Assembly: GCA_965207885.1 (NCBI GenBank)
Contig: OZ242311.1
Span: forward strand, 5,504,001 to 5,568,000
Length of the DNA stretch: 64,000 bases
Reading direction: 5' to 3'
DNA from: Candidatus Latescibacterota bacterium
GTDB lineage: Bacteria > Latescibacterota > UBA2968
The notes under the pieces: generated by a model
The model's input: only the letters and a program-made list of their open reading frames with translations
The model's database searches: none
Told to the model about the DNA's origin: nothing
In this document: positions 10,784 to 19,448 of the stretch, piece after piece
How positions within the stretch are numbered: position 1 is the stretch's first letter
Layout: every line of letters starts with the position of its first letter
Made by a program: the position numbers and the translations under genes

Positions 10784-10821
10784 AAAAAAACTCGAGCGCC
10801 ATACTTCGACACTCGAGTTTT
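10784..10821 (-). terminator. Terminator-like hairpin between DUF1501 and DUF1800 paralog 2
   Basis: AAAACTCGAG...CTCGAGTTTTTTT on minus strand. Confidence 0.5.
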
Positions 10822-10901
10822 CTTTCCTGAAGCGGTGTAAACTGCACACGCGCAACACAACGTGTCAGTACAGCAGTTCAAATGAGTGGTCAATAATGAC
10901 T

Positions 10902-12167
10902 TTACGTCATCACCTTAAACCGCTCACCTTCCCAACCCGGGAACATCGCAATATCATGGGAACGATCGATATTCAGATGCTTACCAGCCACATCGGCAAA
11001 CACAGAACGGAAATCCGTCGTCACGGGCAAATCGCGCCGATCTTCGAGCGCATCTTTCACCAATAGCTCTGGCACATCCCCGTGGACCTTTCCACCAGCC
11101 ACGTTATTCCCCAGCACAAACAGACACGACCCGCGGCCGTGATCCGTACCCAGGGAACCATTCTGATGTACTGTGCGACCAAATTCCGTCATCGTCATCA
11201 GCACCACATCGTCCTGATACGTACCCAGATCCGTCCAGAATGCCGCGATAGCCTTGGACATCTCATCTGCTCTGCGCTGGAAAGAACCCGTCGTTGTGCC
11301 TTGTTGCACATGGGTATCCCAGCCGCCGGTCTCGGTAAAGGCAACCTCAAGCCCCACATCCGACTTGATCAGCAATGCGATCTGTTGCATCCTGCGACCC
11401 AATGCCGTACTGGGATATTCTGCGCCTTCAACGGGCTTGTAATCCCTCACACCGATCTTTTCCAATAACTCAATCGCATCAAAACTCTCCCGGCTCACCC
11501 TCTGAACCAGGCGTTTGGCACTCCGCGCATACATCGCCTCAAACCCTTCCTCCACCTGCTCGGCCCCCTGATCATTCGGCATCTGAATGCCAAAGGAACG
11601 CAGATCATCCACTGCAATCGAAGGCTCCTTCCCATAAAATGCGCGCGGCAATGCTCTGGTCAATGCCACAGACCGGAAGGGCGTACCCTCGTGCCCGAGC
11701 AGTCCAACAGCCCGATTGAGCCAACCCGTCCGCGTACCTTTCACACCAGGCGTCCCATTTTCCATATAATCCTGGGCGTCAAAGTGCGACCGCGTCTTAT
11801 TCGGCGAGCCTACGCCGTGTACAATAGCCAAACGGCCTTCTTTGTACAGCGGTGCCAACTCCGCAAAAGAGGGATGCAATGCAAAACGACCATCCAGATC
11901 CGTCAACTCGTTTTTTGGATCGGTCAGGTGCATAAACAAATTGGGGCGCGCCTCGACAAGCGCCGTATCGTTAAATGGCGTCACCGCCATCAACCCATCC
12001 ATAGCCCCGCGCTGGAAAATCGTCACCAGCACTTTGCGACGGCTGTGTGCCAGCGGATTATTCGCAGCATCAGCCGCGCGGCTCAAGAACAGCGGCGTAC
12101 CCCCAAACGAGGCCGAAAACAATGCCAAACCGCTGCCCTTCATAAATGCTCTTCGAGTCCATTCCAT
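10902..12167 (-). CDS. DUF1501-family Tat-exported protein
   Basis: TRRAFMK twin-arginine signal; FQRGAMDGL, RSHFDAQ, GGWDTH, TEFGRT..NGS.GTDHG. Confidence 0.9.
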   Translation of the reverse strand: MEWTRRAFMKGSGLALFSASFGGTPLFLSRAADAANNPLAHSRRKVLVTIFQRGAMDGLMAVTPFNDTALVEARPNLFMHLTDPKNELTDLDGRFALHPSFAELAPLYKEGRLAIVHGVGSPNKTRSHFDAQDYMENGTPGVKGTRTGWLNRAVGLLGHEGTPFRSVALTRALPRAFYGKEPSIAVDDLRSFGIQMPNDQGAEQVEEGFEAMYARSAKRLVQRVSRESFDAIELLEKIGVRDYKPVEGAEYPSTALGRRMQQIALLIKSDVGLEVAFTETGGWDTHVQQGTTTGSFQRRADEMSKAIAAFWTDLGTYQDDVVLMTMTEFGRTVHQNGSLGTDHGRGSCLFVLGNNVAGGKVHGDVPELLVKDALEDRRDLPVTTDFRSVFADVAGKHLNIDRSHDIAMFPGWEGERFKVMT

Positions 12168-12188
12168 AACGCTATCTCCTTTCCGAGT

Positions 12189-13991
12189 TTATCGGTATTG
12201 AAATTCCGGCGACCCCAGCAACATACTGATCACCTGAACCTCTTTGCGTTCGGCATCATCTGGAATCGTCTGTTTAACCTCTGATGCAATAGCACTCGTA
12301 TCCTGTGCTGGCAACAGCAACTTGCTATACCTCGCCAATGCCTCTTCCGTCGTCAGACCAGCGCTCTCCTTGGGCAATTGCTTCAATTCAATCCCCCTAA
12401 TTCTACCCGTAGCCAGATGGATACCAAAATTCATTCGCGCGATCAGCGTACCTGAATTTGCCCACGACTCGGCATAATCCGGAAAACCCGTAGGCGGCAA
12501 ATAACCATACAGCGGCTCGCCCATGCGGTCAAACCAGCGCATCATCGGCTGTGGATTCTGCACATCGGCTTCCAGCGCGCGAAGAGAACTCACCACCACT
12601 TCTAACGGCGACTTCATCTTGCTGCGCGTCTTCGCCTCTGCCCAAAACACACGGGACTGCGCCAATGTAGCCATCACAGCAGCGATATCCCCATTGGTTT
12701 TGGTAAAGGTTTCTGCCATCTCATCAATCAGATCATCTGACGGTGCATCGTTTACAAACCGACGCGCCAACTTGGTCGAAATAAAACGCGCGGTTGAAGG
12801 GTGTGCGGTCAGCATATCCAGAACGCGCTCACCCTCTTCTATGCCACCACCTGCAGGGAACTTCTCACCCAACACCACCTTGGCCTTATCGTCGTGCCAG
12901 GATTTGCGGAACACAAATTCGCCATCGCGAATGTTATTCATATTGCCCCTGGCCATTGCCTTATCGATATTTTTTCGCCCATTGCCATAAGGCGCCGCAG
13001 CCCAACCCGTCAACACGCGCGCAACTTCCGTAACATCACGCTGTGTGTATCCACCATCCACGCCCAGGGTATGCAACTCCATCAACTCGCGCGCATAATT
13101 CTCATTCAAACCATACTTGCGCCTGCGTGGCGGAGGGGTCTGCGCCTTAGCGGGAGCCTTTGCAGGAGCTTTCGCCATCTCACCACCCATATCACCATCC
13201 ATACCACCATCCATACCACCATCCATACCCATCTCACCTGCTGCCACTTCCTTCTTTGGCTCAGGCTTTGCCTGCTGCCGCTGCTCTGGCGGTGCCATAC
13301 GCGACTGTGCATTATCCAGATAATACAACATCGCAGGATGCTTCGCTGTCGCACCCAAAATCACGCGGAACTTGCCCAGCACATTGGGACGAATCGCATC
13401 GCGCTCATAGGAAAGCGTGCGACTGCGCGCCCCACCATCACGCGTGGTCACATTGAAGTGATTGAACCAGAAATCCGTCATCACCTCAGTGAGCTGATTC
13501 TCGCTATACACCGCCCGCATCAGCTTCTGACCCTTCAATTCCTGATTGGAAAGCATACCATAAGGACGCAACCCGTGCTCCTTGCGATACGCGTTTATCT
13601 TTTCATTCATCTCTTTGCGGGGCGTCTTCGCGGGATCGATCAACCCCGCTTTCGCCACCATTCTGCGAATCCGACCATTTTGCACATAAACTGCGGCCAT
13701 CTCTTCCTGCGTCATCTTCAGAGCGGGAAACGCTTCCAATCGTTTGTCCAACTCAGCATCTGGCAAATTGCCCTTCAACTGCTGAGCCAGCCACTTCTCG
13801 GGACCCATCTTCGCCACTTTTTCCACTTCACCTGGGCGCGGACCAAAGGCAAACCGCTCTAAGAGATACGCTGCAGCCTGCTCTTTACTCAGCCCCTCTG
13901 CCTTGTAGGGCAGTTTCAATCCGGCCTCCGCTGGAGCTACCGCAAGCAACGCACCGCAGCACAAAACAGCGAGTGCAACACGCAATATCAT
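12189..13991 (-). CDS. DUF1800-family secreted protein, paralog 1 (start at ATG 13991)
   Basis: MILRVALAVLCC after GGAGG RBS; DUF1800 motifs; directly upstream of DUF1501. Confidence 0.88.
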   Translation of the reverse strand: MILRVALAVLCCGALLAVAPAEAGLKLPYKAEGLSKEQAAAYLLERFAFGPRPGEVEKVAKMGPEKWLAQQLKGNLPDAELDKRLEAFPALKMTQEEMAAVYVQNGRIRRMVAKAGLIDPAKTPRKEMNEKINAYRKEHGLRPYGMLSNQELKGQKLMRAVYSENQLTEVMTDFWFNHFNVTTRDGGARSRTLSYERDAIRPNVLGKFRVILGATAKHPAMLYYLDNAQSRMAPPEQRQQAKPEPKKEVAAGEMGMDGGMDGGMDGDMGGEMAKAPAKAPAKAQTPPPRRRKYGLNENYARELMELHTLGVDGGYTQRDVTEVARVLTGWAAAPYGNGRKNIDKAMARGNMNNIRDGEFVFRKSWHDDKAKVVLGEKFPAGGGIEEGERVLDMLTAHPSTARFISTKLARRFVNDAPSDDLIDEMAETFTKTNGDIAAVMATLAQSRVFWAEAKTRSKMKSPLEVVVSSLRALEADVQNPQPMMRWFDRMGEPLYGYLPPTGFPDYAESWANSGTLIARMNFGIHLATGRIRGIELKQLPKESAGLTTEEALARYSKLLLPAQDTSAIASEVKQTIPDDAERKEVQVISMLLGSPEFQYR

Positions 13992-14025
13992 CGCAACCCT
14001 CCTTGAAAAATTCCCCAAAGGGAAT

Positions 14026-14128
14026 GGCACTGTGAATATTTACATATTTACATATAAAATATATCACAGTGCCTAATGGATCAATAAAATTATACAATTT
14101 TATACAACAATTATACAATTTTATACAA
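14026..14128. promoter_or_regulatory. Candidate operator region: 10-bp inverted repeat plus four phased TTATACAA direct repeats
   Basis: GGCACTGTGA (14026-14035)/TCACAGTGCC (14064-14073); TTATACAA at 14090, 14100, 14111, 14121. Confidence 0.5.
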
Positions 14129-14162
14129 TTCTCTCTTCTCAGAACAAAACGGGCTTCAACAA

Positions 14163-15500
14163 TTACCCTTGATCGAACAAATCTGCCGGAACGGGCTTAA
14201 CAACAATCGAGTCAACCCCAAATCCCTCCAGTTGCTGGGGATTCAGTGGGGCTTGTCTGTACTGCAGGATATAAGACGCACCGCCCTGTATCAGATTCAC
14301 AGTCAAAATATCGCCCTCTTTGCTGAAATCCACATCAGACGCCGTCACATAAGTCAGGCTCGTGCCATCTTGTGAACCACCTCGCAGTTCGCCATTGAGT
14401 ACGGGCAAGCCATTCTGAATCACATATCCCGCACGTCTGTTGAAGAATCGGGATTCATCGTCATGCGTGGAAAACCCAAGCGGCCTGGCAAACGTGATCT
14501 CCACCAGACCCTGTTCGATGATCACGCCATTTTCGATCAAAGGATCATGCACGCCATCGGCATGCTCATGGCCAGATGGTGCACGGTGGCGAGGGCTGCT
14601 ACGCTCCAGAACAGGGAACCACTGGATGTCCAGTGTAGCCGGAATACTCGGGAATGGCGCTTCGGCATCCATCCACGTGCCATTGAGGTGAGCATCAGCC
14701 AACGACCATGTGCCAGAATACGGCGGGTCATGGGGAGCCAGTTCTGCAACCACATCAGCAGGGGGTTCATAAATGCCATAGCGTATGCCATTACCGTCCT
14801 CCACGAACATCATCATGCGATGGGGGCGAGGATCTTCCCAGGGCCATGGACTCTGGAAACAGATGGCTGTTCGGTTGTTGCGATTTTGAAACGAGCGATT
14901 GTCTGGCCTCTGATTGTTTGGGATGTTAATGCGAACGCGCCCATTACCCAGCACCCTCACACGGCTATCCTCATCGGCTCCGGGCAGCAAGCGCAACAGC
15001 CTGTTAGGCTCGTTCAATGCATCAGACGCCTCATTCAGCGGAAACGGGCTCGTGTAGTTGTTGCGTATATCATTGGGGAATTCACCGGCCAGCGGCAACC
15101 TGGGACCGCTCTGCCAAATATAAAACGAACCGAATGATAGCCTGGAACGCTCTCGATGATTGCGAGCAAATTCAACGCGAAGTTGATCCCGCGTGGCCCG
15201 TGATGTACGCCAATAATGCCGCACGGTTTTTTCATACGTCACAGAAGCCATTGGCGGTGCTGCAAGCGGTGGATTGTACACAAATACCACCGTGCCATAA
15301 TCCGATGCCGCTGCTGTAAAAATGATATGCCGGGGCGTACCCTGAGGCGGATCGCCGACATCTATGGCACTACCCCCACTCGTCCCTGAAATCAGCCGAT
15401 AGCTGCCGCGCCACTCCTCGGCAGGCTCAGTCGGGATATCGCGAGTACATCCCGCTGTACCCAACACGCCAATGAGACAAAATAATAAAAATTTACGCAT
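14163..15500 (-). CDS. Hypothetical lipoprotein
   Basis: MRKFLLFCLIGVLGTAG-C lipobox-like signal; GGAGG RBS; no recognised domain. Confidence 0.7.
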   Translation of the reverse strand: MRKFLLFCLIGVLGTAGCTRDIPTEPAEEWRGSYRLISGTSGGSAIDVGDPPQGTPRHIIFTAAASDYGTVVFVYNPPLAAPPMASVTYEKTVRHYWRTSRATRDQLRVEFARNHRERSRLSFGSFYIWQSGPRLPLAGEFPNDIRNNYTSPFPLNEASDALNEPNRLLRLLPGADEDSRVRVLGNGRVRINIPNNQRPDNRSFQNRNNRTAICFQSPWPWEDPRPHRMMMFVEDGNGIRYGIYEPPADVVAELAPHDPPYSGTWSLADAHLNGTWMDAEAPFPSIPATLDIQWFPVLERSSPRHRAPSGHEHADGVHDPLIENGVIIEQGLVEITFARPLGFSTHDDESRFFNRRAGYVIQNGLPVLNGELRGGSQDGTSLTYVTASDVDFSKEGDILTVNLIQGGASYILQYRQAPLNPQQLEGFGVDSIVVKPVPADLFDQG

Positions 15501-15521
15501 TTTGTGATTCCTCCTGTCGGC

Positions 15522-15606
15522 GGGCGACCACGAAGGTCGCCCCTACAAGCGTCGGGACGGCACAGGGGCCGTCCCCTACAGGCGGGCACGGAGACACCGC
15601 CCCTAC
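15522..15606 (-). repeat. Three tandem GTAG-type REP palindromes
   Basis: Minus strand GTAGGGGCGGTGTCTCCGTGCCCGCC, GTAGGGGACGGCCCCTGTGCCGTCCC, GTAGGGGCGACCTTCGTGGTCGCCC. Confidence 0.8.
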
Positions 15607-16613
15607 TAGAACGTTCCCGAAAGCGTCAAACGCAACGGTCGCTCTCTAATTGCACCGCCGATATCGCTATACGAAACATCCACACTTATCTCGCGCTCTT
15701 CGCTCACATTGAGATTTATACCCGCCCCCACGCTCCAGGTCTCCACATCGTACCTGAACTTATAACCGGCGCGGAGTGCCAGCATATTTTGTATCCACAA
15801 CTCACCGCCAATGTGATCGCGCTCACCATAGTCGCGGAAAAACACATGCTCATAAGCAGTCGTCAGATAAAGCGGATCGCCCTGCTTGCCAAGCAATTCC
15901 ATTGCAATGGCCAGATTGTAGTAAAACGGCAGGCGATAATCCTCGGTCAGCACTTCTTTATTCCCACCCAGGTTGCTCATGGTCATGCCCACGCGCAGAC
16001 TCTTGAAACCCGTGTAAAAGAGCGTACCAACATCAAATGTCGTGGAACTCACATTGACAATGTGAATCTGAGACCGCACATAGCGCAGGCGGAAACCCAT
16101 CGAAAACTTATCGGTCAGTTGCTTGGCAAAAGACGCCGCAACGGAAAAATCGCCGAGCTTGATGTTCCGTCCCGTGCCATTGGGTTGCAAGGGCGTGGTC
16201 TCTTCTACATCGGGATAGTTAAACGAGCGAAAAGCGACACCCACAACGCCTATGGGAATGCGATAGGCAAAACCCGCAGCCCCCATCTTGGTGCCCACCA
16301 GCCACTCGTTATAAGAGGCCAGATATGCCATATTGTCGATATGCACCAGCCCGGCTGCATTCTGGAATATCGAGTGAATATCTCGCGACGTGCCCACATT
16401 GGCGTCGGCCATACCCGCCAGGCGCGCAGACGCCGAAATCTTCAAAAGCGCGAAGCCACTGCGCGCAATGCGGTTGCCCTTATCGCCTTCCGAGCGATAA
16501 TGCGGTTCTGTCAATACGGGCGGCAGATTCTGAAGGCTTGTCTCTTGTTGAGCCATGGCACTTTGAGGGCTGAGAAAAAGCGCGATAGCTGCTATCCAGA
16601 TCAAATGTTTCAT
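15606..16613 (-). CDS. PorV/PorQ-family outer-membrane beta-barrel
   Basis: Signal peptide; GFALLKISASARLAGMADA...SIFQNAAGL N-terminal motif; LALRAGY; terminal Phe. Confidence 0.8.
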   Translation of the reverse strand: MKHLIWIAAIALFLSPQSAMAQQETSLQNLPPVLTEPHYRSEGDKGNRIARSGFALLKISASARLAGMADANVGTSRDIHSIFQNAAGLVHIDNMAYLASYNEWLVGTKMGAAGFAYRIPIGVVGVAFRSFNYPDVEETTPLQPNGTGRNIKLGDFSVAASFAKQLTDKFSMGFRLRYVRSQIHIVNVSSTTFDVGTLFYTGFKSLRVGMTMSNLGGNKEVLTEDYRLPFYYNLAIAMELLGKQGDPLYLTTAYEHVFFRDYGERDHIGGELWIQNMLALRAGYKFRYDVETWSVGAGINLNVSEEREISVDVSYSDIGGAIRERPLRLTLSGTF

Positions 16614-16640
16614 AATTTGCTCCTCAATAATGACCAATGA

Positions 16641-19382
16641 TCAATTGACAATCACAAACAGACCCTTCTGGATCTGCCCCAAACTCTCGGGATGGTGCGA
16701 TTCAATCGCCCAGATGTACGTACCGGCATTGAGACGACCGCGCGTATTGGCATTCAAACCCACCGTGTGCGTATCCCACTCGATCTCGCCGCGCGCCACA
16801 GGGCGCCCCCGCTGCGGATCGAGTGTATCAAAGGTATCACGCCAGGCCAGATCACCCGTTAGCGTGTAAATGTACAGCGTACACCTGCTCGGCACATTGA
16901 TCCACCGGATGCGAGGTGCCCCATAGCTGTGTTCATCCCTGCCCTGTACCCAGGGATTGGGCACCACCCTGATCGGCAGCGACATGGACTCATTTTCATG
17001 GTTGAGCAATGCAGAGGTCAAACGCGGCACAATGCCATTGGGGTGCCACCGATACTGATTGCGCTCATCCGAGTGTCCGGTTTCCAAACCCTGCTCATCA
17101 AACGCGCGCACAGAATAGTGGTAAATAAAACCGAGATCGGGTTCTGAATCAGTAAACCTGTAGGTGCCCCAGCGGAAAGGACCATCGATCTCAATACTGT
17201 GAGGTTCCTCCAGACCTTCTGCCCAGGGTTGATTGTCAAAAGAAGCACCCGGGGGTGCATCTGAGGGCAACTGGCGTTCGCCTTCGGAACCCACAGCCTT
17301 GGGAATCGTTGCCAGCAATTTCCACGGACCAACCCGCATAAAATCAGAGCGATAGATCCGATAACCCAGCACATCGGGACGACCCAGATCCGGATCGATC
17401 GCCGTATCGGCAACGCCCGACCAGTCCACTTCGATATGTCCATCCAGGTTCGTCAGCGCATTGACCTTCACATCGGGCGGCTGGTTAAGCCCGTCAAAGC
17501 CCAGATCATACAGCTTTTGCGCTTCATTGCCGTGTGCATAGATCGCTTCCAGACCCAATTCCAATTCGTTGACCTGGCCCTGCTGCTGCCAGTTCCACTC
17601 GTAGGGACGCGCATAATTCTCGGTATCCATGCGATATTTGGCTGAATTGGACCCCATCCCCGCCACATAGGCGATCACGACTTTGGCCTTGTCGCCGGGA
17701 CCCAGGGTATAGGGACCGTAAACCTGTGCATCGATCCACGCACCCAATTCCTCATTGTCGTGGTGCTGCACCATGCGGTCTGTATCATTTTCCCCGAGCA
17801 CACCGGCAGCATCGCTGTAGATGTCAAACAACTGATTCTCGCCGTGCGTACCCCCATGCGGATCATCGCCTAATGCCGAAGAATACATGCGCCACCTGAA
17901 CACGGTGTGGGGCTGTGGACCTTGCGGCTTCACATAACCGCCTTTTCGATCCAGTGCATTGTAGGGATGGTCAGACGTACCCGTTGCAATCGGCATCATC
18001 CCGATATACTGCGGAGAGAGCAATGTGCCATCTTTAATATTGGACGATGACACATACTGATGCTGTGCGCGGGATCGGGTATAAGGCTCCCCGTAGTCAT
18101 TCCACAGGCGGGCAACGGCATCGCCATCATATACATAAGTCAGATGCATCGGCGCGCCCTTGTAGTTGTAGGCATATTCCGGATGATCGTAATTATCCGC
18201 CTGTGTATAGCGCCAGTAGTCATCTTGCGTCGAGGGCTGAATGAGCCTCCACGCCGCCGAGTTTGAACCGCCAGCCGGCACCCACTCAGAACCGGTCTGG
18301 TTGGGGACAAATCCGTTCTTGACCACGATATAGACTTCGTCGAGTTGTTTGGGATATCCGGCATTTGCCTTGCCATCGCCATCTGTATCGCCATTATTCC
18401 AGAACTCGATCTCCGTGAGCAAAAAGTCATCGTAATCACCCGTGGTCATAATCGAAGACTGCTTGCCTTTGGGAGTTGGCACGGGGATCATTACGTCATT
18501 ATCCGTGCCTGGCGCGGAATACGCATGGATCATCCGCTTCACCGTAATGCCCGAAGCCTGTGCCCAGCCCGTCACCATTGTATTCTCACTGAACAACTCG
18601 GGAGATAAACGCGGATCATTGGGCTTGACGCCATTTGACCGCATCTGATTCAACCCGGCGCGCACCCTTTTGTAGGACGACACCAGCATCTCCTTAAACG
18701 CCTCTTTGTTCAGGGGATAAAACCCATAGCCCCAGTTGTAATAATCCATTGGCTCCACTTTGTCGGGACCAGGTGGAAAACGGTATTGTGCCAAACCACC
18801 AAACCCCGTAGCGGGACCATACTGGAATTCCACAGCCTCGCCATTCACAAAATGGGACTTGATCTTCATATTTCTCATGCGGGGCCAGTAACGTGCGGCA
18901 CTCTGTCCGTAATTGAACAAATTAAATGGTCCCCCGCGCCATACAGACCGCCAGATCGATGCAATGCCTTCGATATTATTGCGCGGATTGTGCTGGATCG
19001 GAAAAATATCTGCGGACGGCTGGCGGGGACCCCCCTGAGATACAAATTTGCGTCCATCGTCTGTGCGCGCCATCACCCACATGCCATTGCCCCGCGAATT
19101 GTCTGGCCGATTCACGCGGTTCACAAGGCCCGCCCGATAGGTCGAGGTCCACCGCCCGGGATAAGACATGCCCACTTCGACGCCAAAGGTGCTGCCACCA
19201 TCCAGCGAGTGCCCCAGTGTGCCATTGTTGCGCATCGACAACCAGAGTTTTCCGCGGTTGGTCGTGCGGCGGCGCGTGCGTTGCTGCGCTTCGGCATCGA
19301 TAATCATATACAATTCCGATGCACCCCAAAACACCACAAAGGCGAGCAACACCCGCGTAACACTTTTGAATATCCGTTGCAT
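16641..19382 (-). CDS. Large secreted protein with FN3-like region and T9SS-type C-terminal domain
   Basis: Signal peptide; GYRIYRS...YHYSVRAFD (FN3-like); IRVVPNPW...IRWINVPSRCTLYIYTLTGDL...GTYIWAIE...KGLFVIVN. Confidence 0.75.
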   Translation of the reverse strand: MQRIFKSVTRVLLAFVVFWGASELYMIIDAEAQQRTRRRTTNRGKLWLSMRNNGTLGHSLDGGSTFGVEVGMSYPGRWTSTYRAGLVNRVNRPDNSRGNGMWVMARTDDGRKFVSQGGPRQPSADIFPIQHNPRNNIEGIASIWRSVWRGGPFNLFNYGQSAARYWPRMRNMKIKSHFVNGEAVEFQYGPATGFGGLAQYRFPPGPDKVEPMDYYNWGYGFYPLNKEAFKEMLVSSYKRVRAGLNQMRSNGVKPNDPRLSPELFSENTMVTGWAQASGITVKRMIHAYSAPGTDNDVMIPVPTPKGKQSSIMTTGDYDDFLLTEIEFWNNGDTDGDGKANAGYPKQLDEVYIVVKNGFVPNQTGSEWVPAGGSNSAAWRLIQPSTQDDYWRYTQADNYDHPEYAYNYKGAPMHLTYVYDGDAVARLWNDYGEPYTRSRAQHQYVSSSNIKDGTLLSPQYIGMMPIATGTSDHPYNALDRKGGYVKPQGPQPHTVFRWRMYSSALGDDPHGGTHGENQLFDIYSDAAGVLGENDTDRMVQHHDNEELGAWIDAQVYGPYTLGPGDKAKVVIAYVAGMGSNSAKYRMDTENYARPYEWNWQQQGQVNELELGLEAIYAHGNEAQKLYDLGFDGLNQPPDVKVNALTNLDGHIEVDWSGVADTAIDPDLGRPDVLGYRIYRSDFMRVGPWKLLATIPKAVGSEGERQLPSDAPPGASFDNQPWAEGLEEPHSIEIDGPFRWGTYRFTDSEPDLGFIYHYSVRAFDEQGLETGHSDERNQYRWHPNGIVPRLTSALLNHENESMSLPIRVVPNPWVQGRDEHSYGAPRIRWINVPSRCTLYIYTLTGDLAWRDTFDTLDPQRGRPVARGEIEWDTHTVGLNANTRGRLNAGTYIWAIESHHPESLGQIQKGLFVIVN

Positions 19383-19448
19383 AAGCTAACTCCTTATTAA
19401 ATAGCGGTCAGCAATCGGCGTTTCCCGCTGACTGCTGACCGCTGAGCT

